In this document: positions 1-10,034 of the stretch, piece after piece
Position numbering within the stretch: position 1 is the stretch's first letter
Layout: each line of letters opens with the position of its first letter
Made by a program: the position numbers and the translations under genes
Notes under the pieces: model-generated
Database searches by the model: none
Seen by the model: the letters and a program-made list of their open reading frames with translations, nothing else
Told to the model about the DNA's origin: nothing
Source of the DNA: Gemmatimonadota bacterium
GTDB taxonomy: Bacteria > Gemmatimonadota > Gemmatimonadetes > Palauibacterales > Palauibacteraceae
Reading direction: 5' to 3'
DNA: 64,000 bases
NCBI GenBank assembly: GCA_965116475.1
Contig: OZ220691.1
Coordinates: 384,001-448,000, forward strand

Positions 1-8
1 TCGGGCTC

Positions 9-3000
9 ATGCTCGCCACGGCGGGCGGGGCCTCCTCGCAGGAGGCCTCGAACGGGGCCGAAGGGCCGGATAACGAGGATCTGCCGTTGCCGGTCGACCG
101 CACGGTGGCGCTGGACATGACGGAGGGGAGCTGGATCTCTCTCGACGTGAGTCCGGACGGCGAGACGATCGTCTTCGATTATCTCGGGAACCTCTTCACC
201 ATCCCGATCGGCGGCGGGGATGCGACGCAGCTCACGTCGGGGATGGCCTTCGACGCCCAGCCGCGCTTCTCCCCGGACGGGACGCGGATCGTCTACACCT
301 CCGACTACGACGGCGGGCAAAACATCTGGATCCGCTCGCTCGATGGCTCCGACACGACGCAGATCTCCCGGGGTTCGGCCAATCGCGCCGAGTCCCCCGA
401 GTGGCTCCCGGACGGGGACTACATCGTGGCGTCGATGGGCGGCTTCCGCGGGGGCGGGCTACCGAAGCTCAAGCTGTTCCACGTGGACGGCGGGAGCGGG
501 ATCGAACTCGTCTCGGAACCGGACAACCTGAAGATGCTCGGGGCCGCGGTCTCCCCCGACGGCCGCTACATCTGGTACGCGCGCCGCACCGGCGACTGGA
601 CCTACAACGCGCAGTTCCCCCAGTACCAGCTCGAGGCATACGACCGCGAGTCGGGCGAACGATACACCCGCTCCTCGCGGTACGGCTCCGCGATCCGGCC
701 GGTGCTCTCGCCCGACGGCCGCTGGCTCGTGTTCGGGACGCGTCACGAGGCGCACACCGGGCTCGTGATCCGGGACCTCGAGAGCGGCGACGAGCGCTGG
801 CTCGCGTATCCCGTGCAGCACGACGACCAGGAGTCGCGCGCCACGCTGGACGTGCTTCCCGGCATGTCGTTCACGCCGGACTCCCGGCACCTCGTCACCT
901 CCTACGGCGGGAAGATCTGGAAGCTCCCGGTCGACGGGGGCGACGCCGAGGAGATCCCCTTCCGGGTGCAGTTCGACCTCGCGCTCGGACCACGCGTCGA
1001 CTTCGACTATCCGATCGAGGACACGCCGACCTTCACCGTGCGCCAGATCCGCGACGCGGCGCCCTCCCCCTCCGGCGACCGGCTCGCCTTCACGGCGCTC
1101 GACCGCCTCTGGGTGTCGGCCGCCAACGGCTCGGACCCCGAACGCCTCACCGACGCGGACATGTCGGAGCACTTCGCGACGTGGTCGCCGGACGGCGCGT
1201 GGATCGCGTACTCGACGTGGGATGGGAACGCGGGACACCTCTACAAGGCGCGGAGCGACGGCGGCGGGGACCCGGTGCGGCTCACGCGCGACGCGGCGAC
1301 GTACTTCGCCCCCGCGTGGGGGCCGGGCGACCGGATCGTGGCCGTGCGGGGGCTCGTGCGGGCCTACGAGACGCAGGGCGAGGGCGGCGCGCCGGGCACG
1401 GAGATCGTGTGGGTGTCGGCCGACCCGGACGGCTCGGACGGCGGGCCGGCGACGCTGATCGCGCCCACGGACGGACGGGCGAATCCCCATTTCGTGGAGG
1501 AGAACGACCGCATCCATCTCTTCCGTTTCCCCGACGCCCTGGTCTCGATTCGCTGGGATGGGACGGACGAGAAGGAGCATGTGAAGGTGCGCGGGCCCAC
1601 GCCTCAGGGTTCGACGCAGGGGCTGTCTCCGTCGACCATCGAGATGGCGCCGCGCGGCGACCAGGCGCTCGCGGAGATCCAGCGCGAGATCTACACCGTG
1701 ACGGTGCCACGCGCCGGCGTGACGCCGACGATCAACGTCTCCAACCCGGACAACGCCTCCTTCCCCGCCCGCCGCGTCACCGATATCGGCGGCGAATTCC
1801 CGGCCTGGAGCGGCAACGGCCGCACGGTGCACTTCTCGCTGGGCAATGCCCACTTCTCCTACGACCTCGACGCCGCGCAGGCGCACGAAGACAGCGTGGA
1901 GGCGGCCGGAGCGGCCGAAGAGGAAGAGGAAGAAGAAGAGGCAACTGAAGAAGAAGAGGAGGACGAAGGCTACCGCGCCGTCGAACACCGCATCCTCATC
2001 GAGGCGCCGCGCGACATCCCCGCAGGCATCGCGGTACTCCGCGGCGGGCGCGCGATCACGATGAACGGCGACGAAGTCATCGAGAACGCGGACATCGTGG
2101 TCCGGAACAACCGGATCGAGGCGGTGGGCGCGAGCGGTTCGGTCGCCGTGCCGGACGATGCCGTTGTCTTCGACATCCGCGGCCGGACGGTCGTCCCGGG
2201 CTACGTCGACACGCACGCGCACCTGCGGGCGCGCGACCAGCTCCACCGCACCGACGTGTGGCCGTACCTCGCCAACCTCGCGTACGGCGTGACGACGACG
2301 CGGGATCCGCAGACCGGGAACACGGAGGTCCTCTCCTATGCGGACATGGTCCGCACCGGGAGCGTGCTCGGGCCGCGGGTCTACTCGACCGGGCCGGGCG
2401 TCTTCTGGCAGGACGGGATCGACACGGAGGAAGAGGCGAGGGACGTCCTCTCCCGCTACGCCGACTACTTCGACACGAAGACGATCAAGATGTACGTGGC
2501 CGCGGCCCGGAAGGGGCGCCAGCACATCATCATGGCGGCCCGCGAACTCGAGCTCATGCCGACGACCGAGGGGTCGCTGAACCTCCGGCAGAACCTCACG
2601 GAGACGATCGACGGCTATCCGGGGCTCGAACACTCCATCCCCGTCTTCCCGGTGTACGACGACTACGTGCGGCTCTTCGCGGAGACGGAGCGGGTCTACA
2701 CACCGACGCTGCTGGTGTCGTACGGGGGCCCGTGGGCGGAGAACTACTTCTATTCCCGCGAGAACCCGCACGACGACCCGAAGCTGCGCCGCTTCGTCCC
2801 GCACGATGAGGTGGACTCGCGCACGCTCCGCCGGCCGCAGTGGTTCCGCGAGGACCAGCACGTGTTCGTGCAACACGGCGAGTTCGTCAGGAACCTCGTC
2901 GACGCGGGGGGGAAGGCGGGCGTGGGGAGCCACGGCCAGCTGCAGGGGCTCGGCTACCACTGGGAGCTGTGGGCGATGGCGGCCGACGACATGGACGAGC

Positions 3001-3281
3001 ACGACGCATTGCGCACGGCCACGATCTTCGGGGCCGAAGCGATCGGCCTCGACCGGGATCTCGGCTCGATCGAAGCCGGCAAGCTCGCCGACCTCGTGAT
3101 CCTGACCGCGAACCCGCTCGACGACCTGCGCAACACGAACGCGATCGAGCAGGTGATGCTGAACGGGCGCCTGTTCGACGCGGATACCCTCGACGAGATC
3201 CATCCCCGGCAGCGGCCGCTGGCCCCGCTCTGGTGGTGGGACGACGAGCCGGAGGGGGTCCCGGGCGTGACGTCCCGCTGA
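9..3281 (+). CDS. TolB/PD40 beta-propeller + amidohydrolase family protein (probably 5'-truncated by window edge)
   Basis: Repeated PD40-like motifs (PRFSPDG, PEWLPDG, WSPDG); C-terminal amidohydrolase with DTHAH metal motif and GSIEAGKLADLVIL; frame is open to the window start. Confidence 0.85.
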   Translation: MLATAGGASSQEASNGAEGPDNEDLPLPVDRTVALDMTEGSWISLDVSPDGETIVFDYLGNLFTIPIGGGDATQLTSGMAFDAQPRFSPDGTRIVYTSDYDGGQNIWIRSLDGSDTTQISRGSANRAESPEWLPDGDYIVASMGGFRGGGLPKLKLFHVDGGSGIELVSEPDNLKMLGAAVSPDGRYIWYARRTGDWTYNAQFPQYQLEAYDRESGERYTRSSRYGSAIRPVLSPDGRWLVFGTRHEAHTGLVIRDLESGDERWLAYPVQHDDQESRATLDVLPGMSFTPDSRHLVTSYGGKIWKLPVDGGDAEEIPFRVQFDLALGPRVDFDYPIEDTPTFTVRQIRDAAPSPSGDRLAFTALDRLWVSAANGSDPERLTDADMSEHFATWSPDGAWIAYSTWDGNAGHLYKARSDGGGDPVRLTRDAATYFAPAWGPGDRIVAVRGLVRAYETQGEGGAPGTEIVWVSADPDGSDGGPATLIAPTDGRANPHFVEENDRIHLFRFPDALVSIRWDGTDEKEHVKVRGPTPQGSTQGLSPSTIEMAPRGDQALAEIQREIYTVTVPRAGVTPTINVSNPDNASFPARRVTDIGGEFPAWSGNGRTVHFSLGNAHFSYDLDAAQAHEDSVEAAGAAEEEEEEEEATEEEEEDEGYRAVEHRILIEAPRDIPAGIAVLRGGRAITMNGDEVIENADIVVRNNRIEAVGASGSVAVPDDAVVFDIRGRTVVPGYVDTHAHLRARDQLHRTDVWPYLANLAYGVTTTRDPQTGNTEVLSYADMVRTGSVLGPRVYSTGPGVFWQDGIDTEEEARDVLSRYADYFDTKTIKMYVAAARKGRQHIIMAARELELMPTTEGSLNLRQNLTETIDGYPGLEHSIPVFPVYDDYVRLFAETERVYTPTLLVSYGGPWAENYFYSRENPHDDPKLRRFVPHDEVDSRTLRRPQWFREDQHVFVQHGEFVRNLVDAGGKAGVGSHGQLQGLGYHWELWAMAADDMDEHDALRTATIFGAEAIGLDRDLGSIEAGKLADLVILTANPLDDLRNTNAIEQVMLNGRLFDADTLDEIHPRQRPLAPLWWWDDEPEGVPGVTSR

Positions 3282-3314
3282 CGGACCCGGCCCGCGGGGG
3301 CTCGGAGCCCGCCC

Positions 3315-5339
3315 TCAGTCCTCCGGCGTGAGCGCGAGCCGGATGGCGCCGAGCGGGCGGTCGGCCGTGTAGAGCGCGAGTTCGATCCGCCCGGCCATGA
3401 GGTCGTCAAGGTGGGCGGCGCTCAGCGCCACGCTGCCCTCGGCCGACGTGTGGCCCGGGCCGGAGAGACGTCGCACGACCGCGTTCGGACGCGTCCCGCT
3501 TCCCCGCCGCTGGAGCACGATCGCGTGGGCGTCGGCCGGCCCGAGGCCGGACGTGGTGATGAGGTATCCCAGCGTGCCGCGCGGCAGGTCGAGGCTGAAG
3601 CTGCCGTGGAGCCGAGGGGCGGCGGGCCGCCCGGCCCATCCGCCGTCGCCGGCGACGCTGAAGCGGAGCGGTTCCGGCGCGCGGCCGTCCACGAGCGGGG
3701 GCGTGCGGGGTGGCGCGCGGCGCGGCTGGATCGCCCGTTCGAGCGCGTACGCGAACGAGACCAGGCGCGCATCGTCGAACGGGCGGCCGATCAGCTCTAC
3801 GCCGGTCGGCATCCCGGTCCGCGTGAAGCCCGCGGGCGCGCTGATCGCCGGGAGCCCGCTGTGCGCGGCCAGCTGGCACGTCCCGCCGACCGGCGGCGAG
3901 CCGATCCGCGCAGGGTCGCGCCGCAGCGTGGGATAGGCGATCGCGTCGAGCCGCTCTTCGTCCATGAACGCCACGATCGCCTCCCGCAGCGCCGTCTGCC
4001 GCTCCAGCACCTCGGCGTAGGCCGCCTCGTCGCGCGGGCCCGCCGCGCTGCGCCGCCGGAAGGTGCCGTCGAGCTGCTCGTGGTGCAGCCCCAGTCCAAC
4101 GATCTCCCCGAGCGACGCCACCGGCCCGCCGCCGGGCGCGGCCAGGTACGCGGCGAGATCCACGGCGAATTCGTGCCCGATCACCCCCGTGTTCGCGAGC
4201 AGCGAGTCCTGCGCGGGGATCTCGACATCGACGATCTCCGCCCCCGCCGCGGCCATCGCGTCGAGGGCGGCGCGAACGGCCGCCGTGACCGGAGCTTCCG
4301 CGCCCGAATCCGACAGCCACTCCGCCAGGGCCCCGATGCGCGCCCCGGCCAGTGACTCGGCGTCGAGCGCCGCGCGGAAGCCGATCGGCTCCCGGTCGCG
4401 CATCGCCTCCGTGGCCGGATCCGCCGCGTCCGCGCCGACCGTCGCGTCGAGGGCGATCGCGAGATCTACGACGGAGCGCGCCAGCGGCCCGCCCGTATCC
4501 TGCGTGTGCGACAGGGGGATGATCCCATCGATGCTCGACAGCCCCTTCGTCGGCCGCAGCCCGACGAGGTTGTGGACCGACGACGGGATGCGGATCGAGC
4601 CGCACGTGTCGGACCCCCATCCCACGGCGCCGAAGCTCGCCGTCACCGCGGCGCCCGTGCCGCCGGAGGAGCCGCCCGGATTCCGCGCCGGATCGTACGG
4701 GTTGCGCGTCTGTCCGCCGAGCGAACTGATGCTCGTGATCCCCGCCGCCAACTCGTGCATGTTCGTCTTGGCGAGGAGGATCGCCCCCGCCTCGCGCAGC
4801 TTCCGCACCTGGAAGGCGTCGTCCGGCGGCGTCCAGCCCGCGAGCGCGACCGTCGATCCGGCCGTGGGCATGTCGAAGGTGTCGTAGTTGTCCTTGAGGA
4901 GGATGGGGATTCCGTGCAGCGGGCCCCTCACCTGCCCCGCTGCGCGCTCCGCGTCGAGCCGCCGCGCCTGTTCCCGCGCCGTGGGATGGAGGCGGATGAT
5001 CGCGTTGAGCGTCGGCCCCGCCCGGTCGTACGCCGCCATCCGGGCGAGGTAGGCGTCCACCAGGCCGATGGAAGTGACGCGGCCCAATTCGAGCGCCGCC
5101 TGAAGCTCGGGGATCGAAGCCTCCCACACCTCGAACCGCGCCGACCCGGCGGCGGCCGCCGTCTGGGCCGAGAGCCGTGCCGCCGGCGACGCGCACAACG
5201 CGCCCGCCGCATACACGAGACCCCACGCGACGAGGCGACAGACGACGCGGCCGCCGACGGCGGGGCCGCCGACGGCGGGGCCGCAGACGACGGGTCTCCG
5301 GGCGCCGAGGATCCGAGCGACGGCCTTACCGGGTTCCAT
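3315..5339 (-). CDS. Amidase signature family protein with C-terminal CHRD-like domain
   Basis: GPLHGIPILLKDN, PGGSSGGTG and GSDTCGSIRIPS amidase motifs; start uncertain (ATG 5339 chosen). Confidence 0.85.
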   Translation of the reverse strand: MEPGKAVARILGARRPVVCGPAVGGPAVGGRVVCRLVAWGLVYAAGALCASPAARLSAQTAAAAGSARFEVWEASIPELQAALELGRVTSIGLVDAYLARMAAYDRAGPTLNAIIRLHPTAREQARRLDAERAAGQVRGPLHGIPILLKDNYDTFDMPTAGSTVALAGWTPPDDAFQVRKLREAGAILLAKTNMHELAAGITSISSLGGQTRNPYDPARNPGGSSGGTGAAVTASFGAVGWGSDTCGSIRIPSSVHNLVGLRPTKGLSSIDGIIPLSHTQDTGGPLARSVVDLAIALDATVGADAADPATEAMRDREPIGFRAALDAESLAGARIGALAEWLSDSGAEAPVTAAVRAALDAMAAAGAEIVDVEIPAQDSLLANTGVIGHEFAVDLAAYLAAPGGGPVASLGEIVGLGLHHEQLDGTFRRRSAAGPRDEAAYAEVLERQTALREAIVAFMDEERLDAIAYPTLRRDPARIGSPPVGGTCQLAAHSGLPAISAPAGFTRTGMPTGVELIGRPFDDARLVSFAYALERAIQPRRAPPRTPPLVDGRAPEPLRFSVAGDGGWAGRPAAPRLHGSFSLDLPRGTLGYLITTSGLGPADAHAIVLQRRGSGTRPNAVVRRLSGPGHTSAEGSVALSAAHLDDLMAGRIELALYTADRPLGAIRLALTPED

Positions 5340-5796
5340 GTGCCAGGTGTCCCTCCCTGATGGCCACGAACGTTCCCGAACAGGTGGCCGTGCATTCGCC
5401 ACCGGAAAGCAGTTCGGCTTCGACCACGACCCTGCGCTCGCCCGCTTCGGCGATCCGCGCCCGGAGCTGGACCGGAGCGTCGGAGGGCGTGGGCTTCCGG
5501 AGCCGGACCGTGTATTCCGCGGTCACGGTGACGGGCGGATGGTCCAGGCCGCGAGCCCGCATGAAGTAGTGCGCGGCGCACCAGTTGCACTGGCAGTCGA
5601 GCAGCGTCCCGATGATCCCTCCGTTGAGGATGCCCGGGAACGACCGGTGGTTCGGCCCGGGCGTCCATTCGGCCACCACGTCGTGGCTGCCGTCCGCCGC
5701 GGGGAAGCTGCGCAGCCGAAGCCCCTCCGGATTCGCGTGGCCGCAGCCGAAACAGATCGACTCGGGCGCATACTTTTCCTGCAGCGCCTCGCTCAC
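5326..5796 (-). CDS. PaaI/hotdog-fold thioesterase
   Basis: CFGCG..NP.GL N-terminus, GILNGGIIGTLLD motif. Confidence 0.85.
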   Translation of the reverse strand: MSEALQEKYAPESICFGCGHANPEGLRLRSFPAADGSHDVVAEWTPGPNHRSFPGILNGGIIGTLLDCQCNWCAAHYFMRARGLDHPPVTVTAEYTVRLRKPTPSDAPVQLRARIAEAGERRVVVEAELLSGGECTATCSGTFVAIREGHLAHGTR

Positions 5797-7382
5797 GACG
5801 CCGCGGTCCGCTCGCGCTCGACGAGGAACCGCCGGAGAATCTTGCCCGACGCCGACTTCGGGATCTCATCGAGAAACTCCACGGCGCGGACCTTCTTCTG
5901 CGGGGCCACGCGCTCCGCCACGTACCGCATGATCTCCTCGCCGCTCACGTCTCCCGCCCGCACGACGCACGCCTTCGGAATCTCTCCCGCCTCCTCATCC
6001 GCGACCGGAATCACGGCCACGTCGGCCACGTCCGGGTGCGAGAGGAGAAGGTCCTCGAGTTCGGCCGGCGCCACCTGGTAGCCCTTGTACTTGATGAGTT
6101 CCTTGGCCCGGTCGACGATCGTCACATACCCGTCTTCGTCCGCGCGCCCCACGTCGCCCGTATGCAGCCAGCCCTCGGCGTCGACGGTGCTCGCCGTCGC
6201 CTCCGGGTTGTTGAGGTAGCCCTTCATCACCTGCGGGCCGCGCACCCATACCTCCCCTTCCCGGCCGGGTCCCAGCGCTTCTCCGGACTCGATATCGACG
6301 ATCATCATCTCGGTGCTCGGGATCGTCGGCCCGATCGTCCCGATCTTGTCCGCGTCGACGTTGTCCCCGAAACAGACGTGCGTCACGGGACTCGCTTCCG
6401 TGAGGCCGTAGCCCTGAAACACGCGGCACCCGAGCCGCTCCTGGCAGGCGAGGGCGATCTCCTCTCCAAGCGGGGCCGCCCCGGACATGATCCAGTTCAC
6501 CGACGAGAGATCGTAGCCGTCGACCGCGGGGTGCTTGGCGAGGCCGAGCACGATGGGCGGAACGAGGTAGAGGCAGGTGGCCCGATACTCCTGAATCGCG
6601 CCCAGGAACTCCTCGAGATCGAAGCGGGGCATGGTGACGACGGTCGCGCCCGCCTTCAGGGCGCCGCTCATGACGACGACCATCCCGTAGATGTGGAAGA
6701 AGGGGAGGACGGCGAGGACGACATCGTCGGCGTCCACGAGGCCGACGGCGCTGAACTGCTCGATGTTCGCGACGAGGTTCCGGTGCGTGAGCATCACGCC
6801 CTTGGAAACGCCCGTCGTCCCGCTCGAATACGGGAGAGTGAGGAGGTCCTCGGCGGGACTGCTGATGCCCGCGGGTTCCGCATCCGTCCCCGTGCCGCCC
6901 TTCACTCCGTCCGCGATGAGGTCGGCGAAGGCCGTGGCGCCCTCCGCCTCGCCGAAGACGAAGATCTCTTCGATGCCCGTTCGTGCCGCGACGGCTCGCG
7001 CCCTCTCGAGGAGCGGGGGGACGGTGATGAACCAGCGGGCGCCGGAATCGTTCAACTGGGAGACGAGTTCGTCATCCGTGCTGAGCGGGTTCAGCGTCGT
7101 GCTGCAGCCGCCGGCCATGCCGGCCGCGAGGAACGCCGTTGCGTACTCGGGCAGGTTGGGGCTGCAGATCGCGACCACGCCGCCCCGTCTCAGCCCGCGG
7201 GCCGCGAGGCCGCGCGCCGCGGCGCCCGCCTGATCCCGGAGCTGTCCGTAGGTCACCACCCGGCCGCTCGGTCCCTCGATGAACGCGGGTTTGTCCCGGC
7301 GGTCCCCGAGGGAACCCAGGAGATAGTCGGAGAACGACTGCTCCGGAACGACGATCGGGGGGTGTGGGCTCTCGAAAATCAT
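5793..7382 (-). CDS. 4-coumarate-CoA ligase-like AMP-dependent acyl-CoA synthetase
   Basis: LPYSSGTTGVSKGV, QGYGLTE, GWLHTGD, KELIKYKGYQVAPAELE, PKSASGKILRR; start MIFESPHP. Confidence 0.92.
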   Translation of the reverse strand: MIFESPHPPIVVPEQSFSDYLLGSLGDRRDKPAFIEGPSGRVVTYGQLRDQAGAAARGLAARGLRRGGVVAICSPNLPEYATAFLAAGMAGGCSTTLNPLSTDDELVSQLNDSGARWFITVPPLLERARAVAARTGIEEIFVFGEAEGATAFADLIADGVKGGTGTDAEPAGISSPAEDLLTLPYSSGTTGVSKGVMLTHRNLVANIEQFSAVGLVDADDVVLAVLPFFHIYGMVVVMSGALKAGATVVTMPRFDLEEFLGAIQEYRATCLYLVPPIVLGLAKHPAVDGYDLSSVNWIMSGAAPLGEEIALACQERLGCRVFQGYGLTEASPVTHVCFGDNVDADKIGTIGPTIPSTEMMIVDIESGEALGPGREGEVWVRGPQVMKGYLNNPEATASTVDAEGWLHTGDVGRADEDGYVTIVDRAKELIKYKGYQVAPAELEDLLLSHPDVADVAVIPVADEEAGEIPKACVVRAGDVSGEEIMRYVAERVAPQKKVRAVEFLDEIPKSASGKILRRFLVERERTAAS

Positions 7383-7478
7383 CGCGGGAAGATCGGCGTA
7401 TCGGCGGCGGTCCGGCAAGGCGGCGGCGAACCCGCAGACGGCTGCGTTCGCCGCCCCGAGCGGATAGACTCGTGTGCC

Positions 7479-8279
7479 GTGACCATCAACCGAAGGATCC
7501 TGCTGTGCGCCGTGGCCCTCGCCCTGGGGGCGCTCTTCATCCGTTTCGGCTTCTGGCAACTCGACCGACATGGGGAACGGAGCGCCGGGGTGCGCGCGCG
7601 CGCCGAGCGCGCCGACGCCCCGCGGCTCGAGTGGCTCGTCCCCGGCGACGTGCCCCCGGACACGACGGGCCTCATCGGCCGCCGCGCGCGGCTGGCCGGC
7701 CAGTGGGACCGGGCCGGCGAAGTCATCCTCCGGAGTCGCACCCTGGACGGGCGGGCCGGCGCGGAGGTGCTGACCCCGCTCCTGGTCGGCGGCGACGCCG
7801 GGTCGGTCGTGATGGTCCTGCGCGGCTGGCTGCCCGCGCCGGATGGCCTCCGCCCCGATCTCGCGTCCGGGTGGATGGGGTTCCCGGACTCCGCGGACGG
7901 CGCTGCGGACCCCGCGAATGCGACAGACCCGGCCGAGGTTCAGGGGGTCTTCGTGTCCTCGCGGGACGGACGCGGCGGGCAGCCGCTCCAGGCGGAGGTC
8001 GCCGGCGCGCAGCACCTCGCCATCGCGGGGCTCGACCTGGCTCTGATCCGCGAGCAGACCGCGCTCGAGCCCACGCCCCATGTCCTGCGCGCGGACGATC
8101 CTCCCCCGGGCAGCGTCCTCCGCCCCGCCCGGGCGCTCGAGACCGATGCCGGCCCGCACCTGTCTTACGCAATCCAGTGGTTCGCGTTCGCCGTCATCGG
8201 GCTCGGCGGGACCGCGATCCTGCTCCGCTCTTCAGCCGACAGGAAGTCCGACAGAAAGTCCGAAGGGAAGCGATCGTGA
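7479..8279 (+). CDS. SURF1 family protein
   Basis: N-terminal TM followed by GFWQLDR, LRGW, and C-terminal HLSYAIQWFAFA; GTG start. Confidence 0.85.
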   Translation: MTINRRILLCAVALALGALFIRFGFWQLDRHGERSAGVRARAERADAPRLEWLVPGDVPPDTTGLIGRRARLAGQWDRAGEVILRSRTLDGRAGAEVLTPLLVGGDAGSVVMVLRGWLPAPDGLRPDLASGWMGFPDSADGAADPANATDPAEVQGVFVSSRDGRGGQPLQAEVAGAQHLAIAGLDLALIREQTALEPTPHVLRADDPPPGSVLRPARALETDAGPHLSYAIQWFAFAVIGLGGTAILLRSSADRKSDRKSEGKRS

Positions 8280-8581
8280 GCCATCGAAAGTTCTCCGACC
8301 GCCAGGGGAATCGCTGGGAGGTGCGCGTCGCCTCCCGGTCCGAATGGCGGTTCGAACCGCTACGCGGGAATCCGGGCAGGCCGCACCGCGTCCGCCCCCC
8401 GCTCTACGCCGGGGACGATCCGTTCGAACTCAGCGAGCAGGAACTCCGGTCCATACTCGGCGCCGCGACGCCGGAGGCGGGGACCGGGCGCGGGACTCCG
8501 CGTACTTCGCCCTTCGGGGAGGCCTACGAACCGAGCCGGAAGAAGTCGCCCTTCCTCGACGATCTCGCGAACGATGACTGA
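8276..8581 (+). CDS. Hypothetical protein (~101 aa)
   Basis: GTGA overlap with the SURF1 stop; RKFSDRQGNRWEVR...DPFELSEQELRSIL. Confidence 0.6.
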   Translation: MSHRKFSDRQGNRWEVRVASRSEWRFEPLRGNPGRPHRVRPPLYAGDDPFELSEQELRSILGAATPEAGTGRGTPRTSPFGEAYEPSRKKSPFLDDLANDD

Positions 8582-8624
8582 ATCAACCGAATCAACCGAT
8601 CAACCGAATCAAAGGAGGCATGTG

Positions 8625-9389
8625 ATGTCTGAAACGCCGCTCGGCCGCTTCTGCTGGTACGAGCTTCTCACGACCGATCTCGAAGGCGCGCAGGACTTCT
8701 ACCGGCAGGTGGTCGGCTGGGAGACCGGAACATGGCAGGGCGAAGGCCCGCCCTACATCACGTGGAACAACAACGGCACTCCGATCGGCGGCGTGATGCA
8801 GCTGCCGGAGGACGCCCTCGCCGGGGGAGCCCCTCCCCACTGGCTGCCCTACCTGTCGACGCCGGATGTGGACGCGACGGTGGGGCAGGCGGAGCGGCTG
8901 GGAGGTAGCGCGATCCACCGCATGGAGATCCCCGAAGTCGGCCATATCGCGGTCATCAGGGATCCCGGCGGCGCCGTGTTCACGGCCTACCAGCCGTCCG
9001 ACGACACGCCCGGACACGACGGGCCGCCCACTCCGGGAGAGTTCTCCTGGCACGAACTGATCGCCGCAGACATCGACGCGGCGTGGTCCTTCTACTCGGA
9101 TCTGTTCGGGTGGGAGAAGACGACGCAGATGGACATGGGCGAAGCGGGCATCTACCAGATGTACGGGCGCGACGGCAAGGAACTGGGCGGCATGATGAAC
9201 CGGAGCGACGACATGCCCCCGCCGTGCTGGGGGCTCTACATCCTGGTGTCCGACGTGCACGCCTCGGCGGAGCTCGTGAAGGAGCTGGGCGGGTCGGTCG
9301 TCGTGGGGCCGATGGAAGTTCCCGGCGGCGAGTTCATCCTGCAGGGCATCGACCCGCAGGGAGCCGCCTTCGCCCTGCACAGCCGGTAA
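8625..9389 (+). CDS. VOC/glyoxalase family protein (two domains)
   Basis: FCWYELLTTD...FY..VVGW and FSWHEL...FYSDLFGW; DPQGAAFAL; AGGAGG RBS upstream. Confidence 0.9.
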   Translation: MSETPLGRFCWYELLTTDLEGAQDFYRQVVGWETGTWQGEGPPYITWNNNGTPIGGVMQLPEDALAGGAPPHWLPYLSTPDVDATVGQAERLGGSAIHRMEIPEVGHIAVIRDPGGAVFTAYQPSDDTPGHDGPPTPGEFSWHELIAADIDAAWSFYSDLFGWEKTTQMDMGEAGIYQMYGRDGKELGGMMNRSDDMPPPCWGLYILVSDVHASAELVKELGGSVVVGPMEVPGGEFILQGIDPQGAAFALHSR

Positions 9390-9416
9390 GCCCGAGAGGG
9401 CCCCGGCCCGGCCGAT

Positions 9417-10034
9417 TCACACGTTCCGGTCGTCGGACAGACCCGGCGGCGTCCCGAGGATCTCGGACAGGATCACGGCCCGCGCGAGCGAGGGATAGCG
9501 CTCAAGACGTTCCAGCGGACCGCCCTGCCGGGCGGAGGCACGCCGACTTGCCTCGATGGGCCCCTGCGGTCCGCGGCGCGGACTCGCCGCCGCGAGCCCT
9601 GACGGCGGTCGCCGCCGGCTTTCGCGCTCCGGAGGAGGCGCCGGCGCCGGTGCGCGGCCCACCGGGCGCGGATCGGGCGCCGGAGCCGGCCGGATGAACG
9701 GGGGAGGCTCGGGGGTCTCCTCCGGGTCCACGTGCCCGACCATGCTGCCCGGCCGGCCCTCCTCCGCGGCCTGCTGCATCTGCTGCTCGAGCTGGCGGCC
9801 CATATCGCGCAACTGTTCGCGCAACGTCGGGCGCCGCTCCGGCGCCGCCTCGCCTCCGGCGGGCTCGGCGGCCTGAACGCCCGACGGCTCGGCTTCGAAC
9901 TCCGGGACCGCCCCCTCCTGCTCGAGCGCCTGTTCCTGCCGCTGGCGATTCTTCTTCATCGCGGCGCCGATGCTGCGCACCCAGAGGAAGATCATCAGCA
10001 GGATGAGGGGCAGCGCCCCTTCGAGATCGGGCAT
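9417..10034 (-). CDS. Membrane-anchored hypothetical protein, YqfB-like third gene of the nfeD-floA operon
   Basis: N-terminal TM, C-terminal AVILSEILGTPP; coupled to the floA stop. Confidence 0.6.
   Translation of the reverse strand: MPDLEGALPLILLMIFLWVRSIGAAMKKNRQRQEQALEQEGAVPEFEAEPSGVQAAEPAGGEAAPERRPTLREQLRDMGRQLEQQMQQAAEEGRPGSMVGHVDPEETPEPPPFIRPAPAPDPRPVGRAPAPAPPPERESRRRPPSGLAAASPRRGPQGPIEASRRASARQGGPLERLERYPSLARAVILSEILGTPPGLSDDRNV

Noticed and set aside
1915-1970. Poly-Glu tract here, and the Asp/Gly-rich tract at about 13290-13420
   Set aside because: Low-complexity interdomain linkers, in frame, common in these secreted enzymes.
8580-8612. GAATCAACC short tandem repeats before the VOC gene RBS
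   Set aside because: Only 3-4 imperfect units; probably slippage, with no evidence of function.
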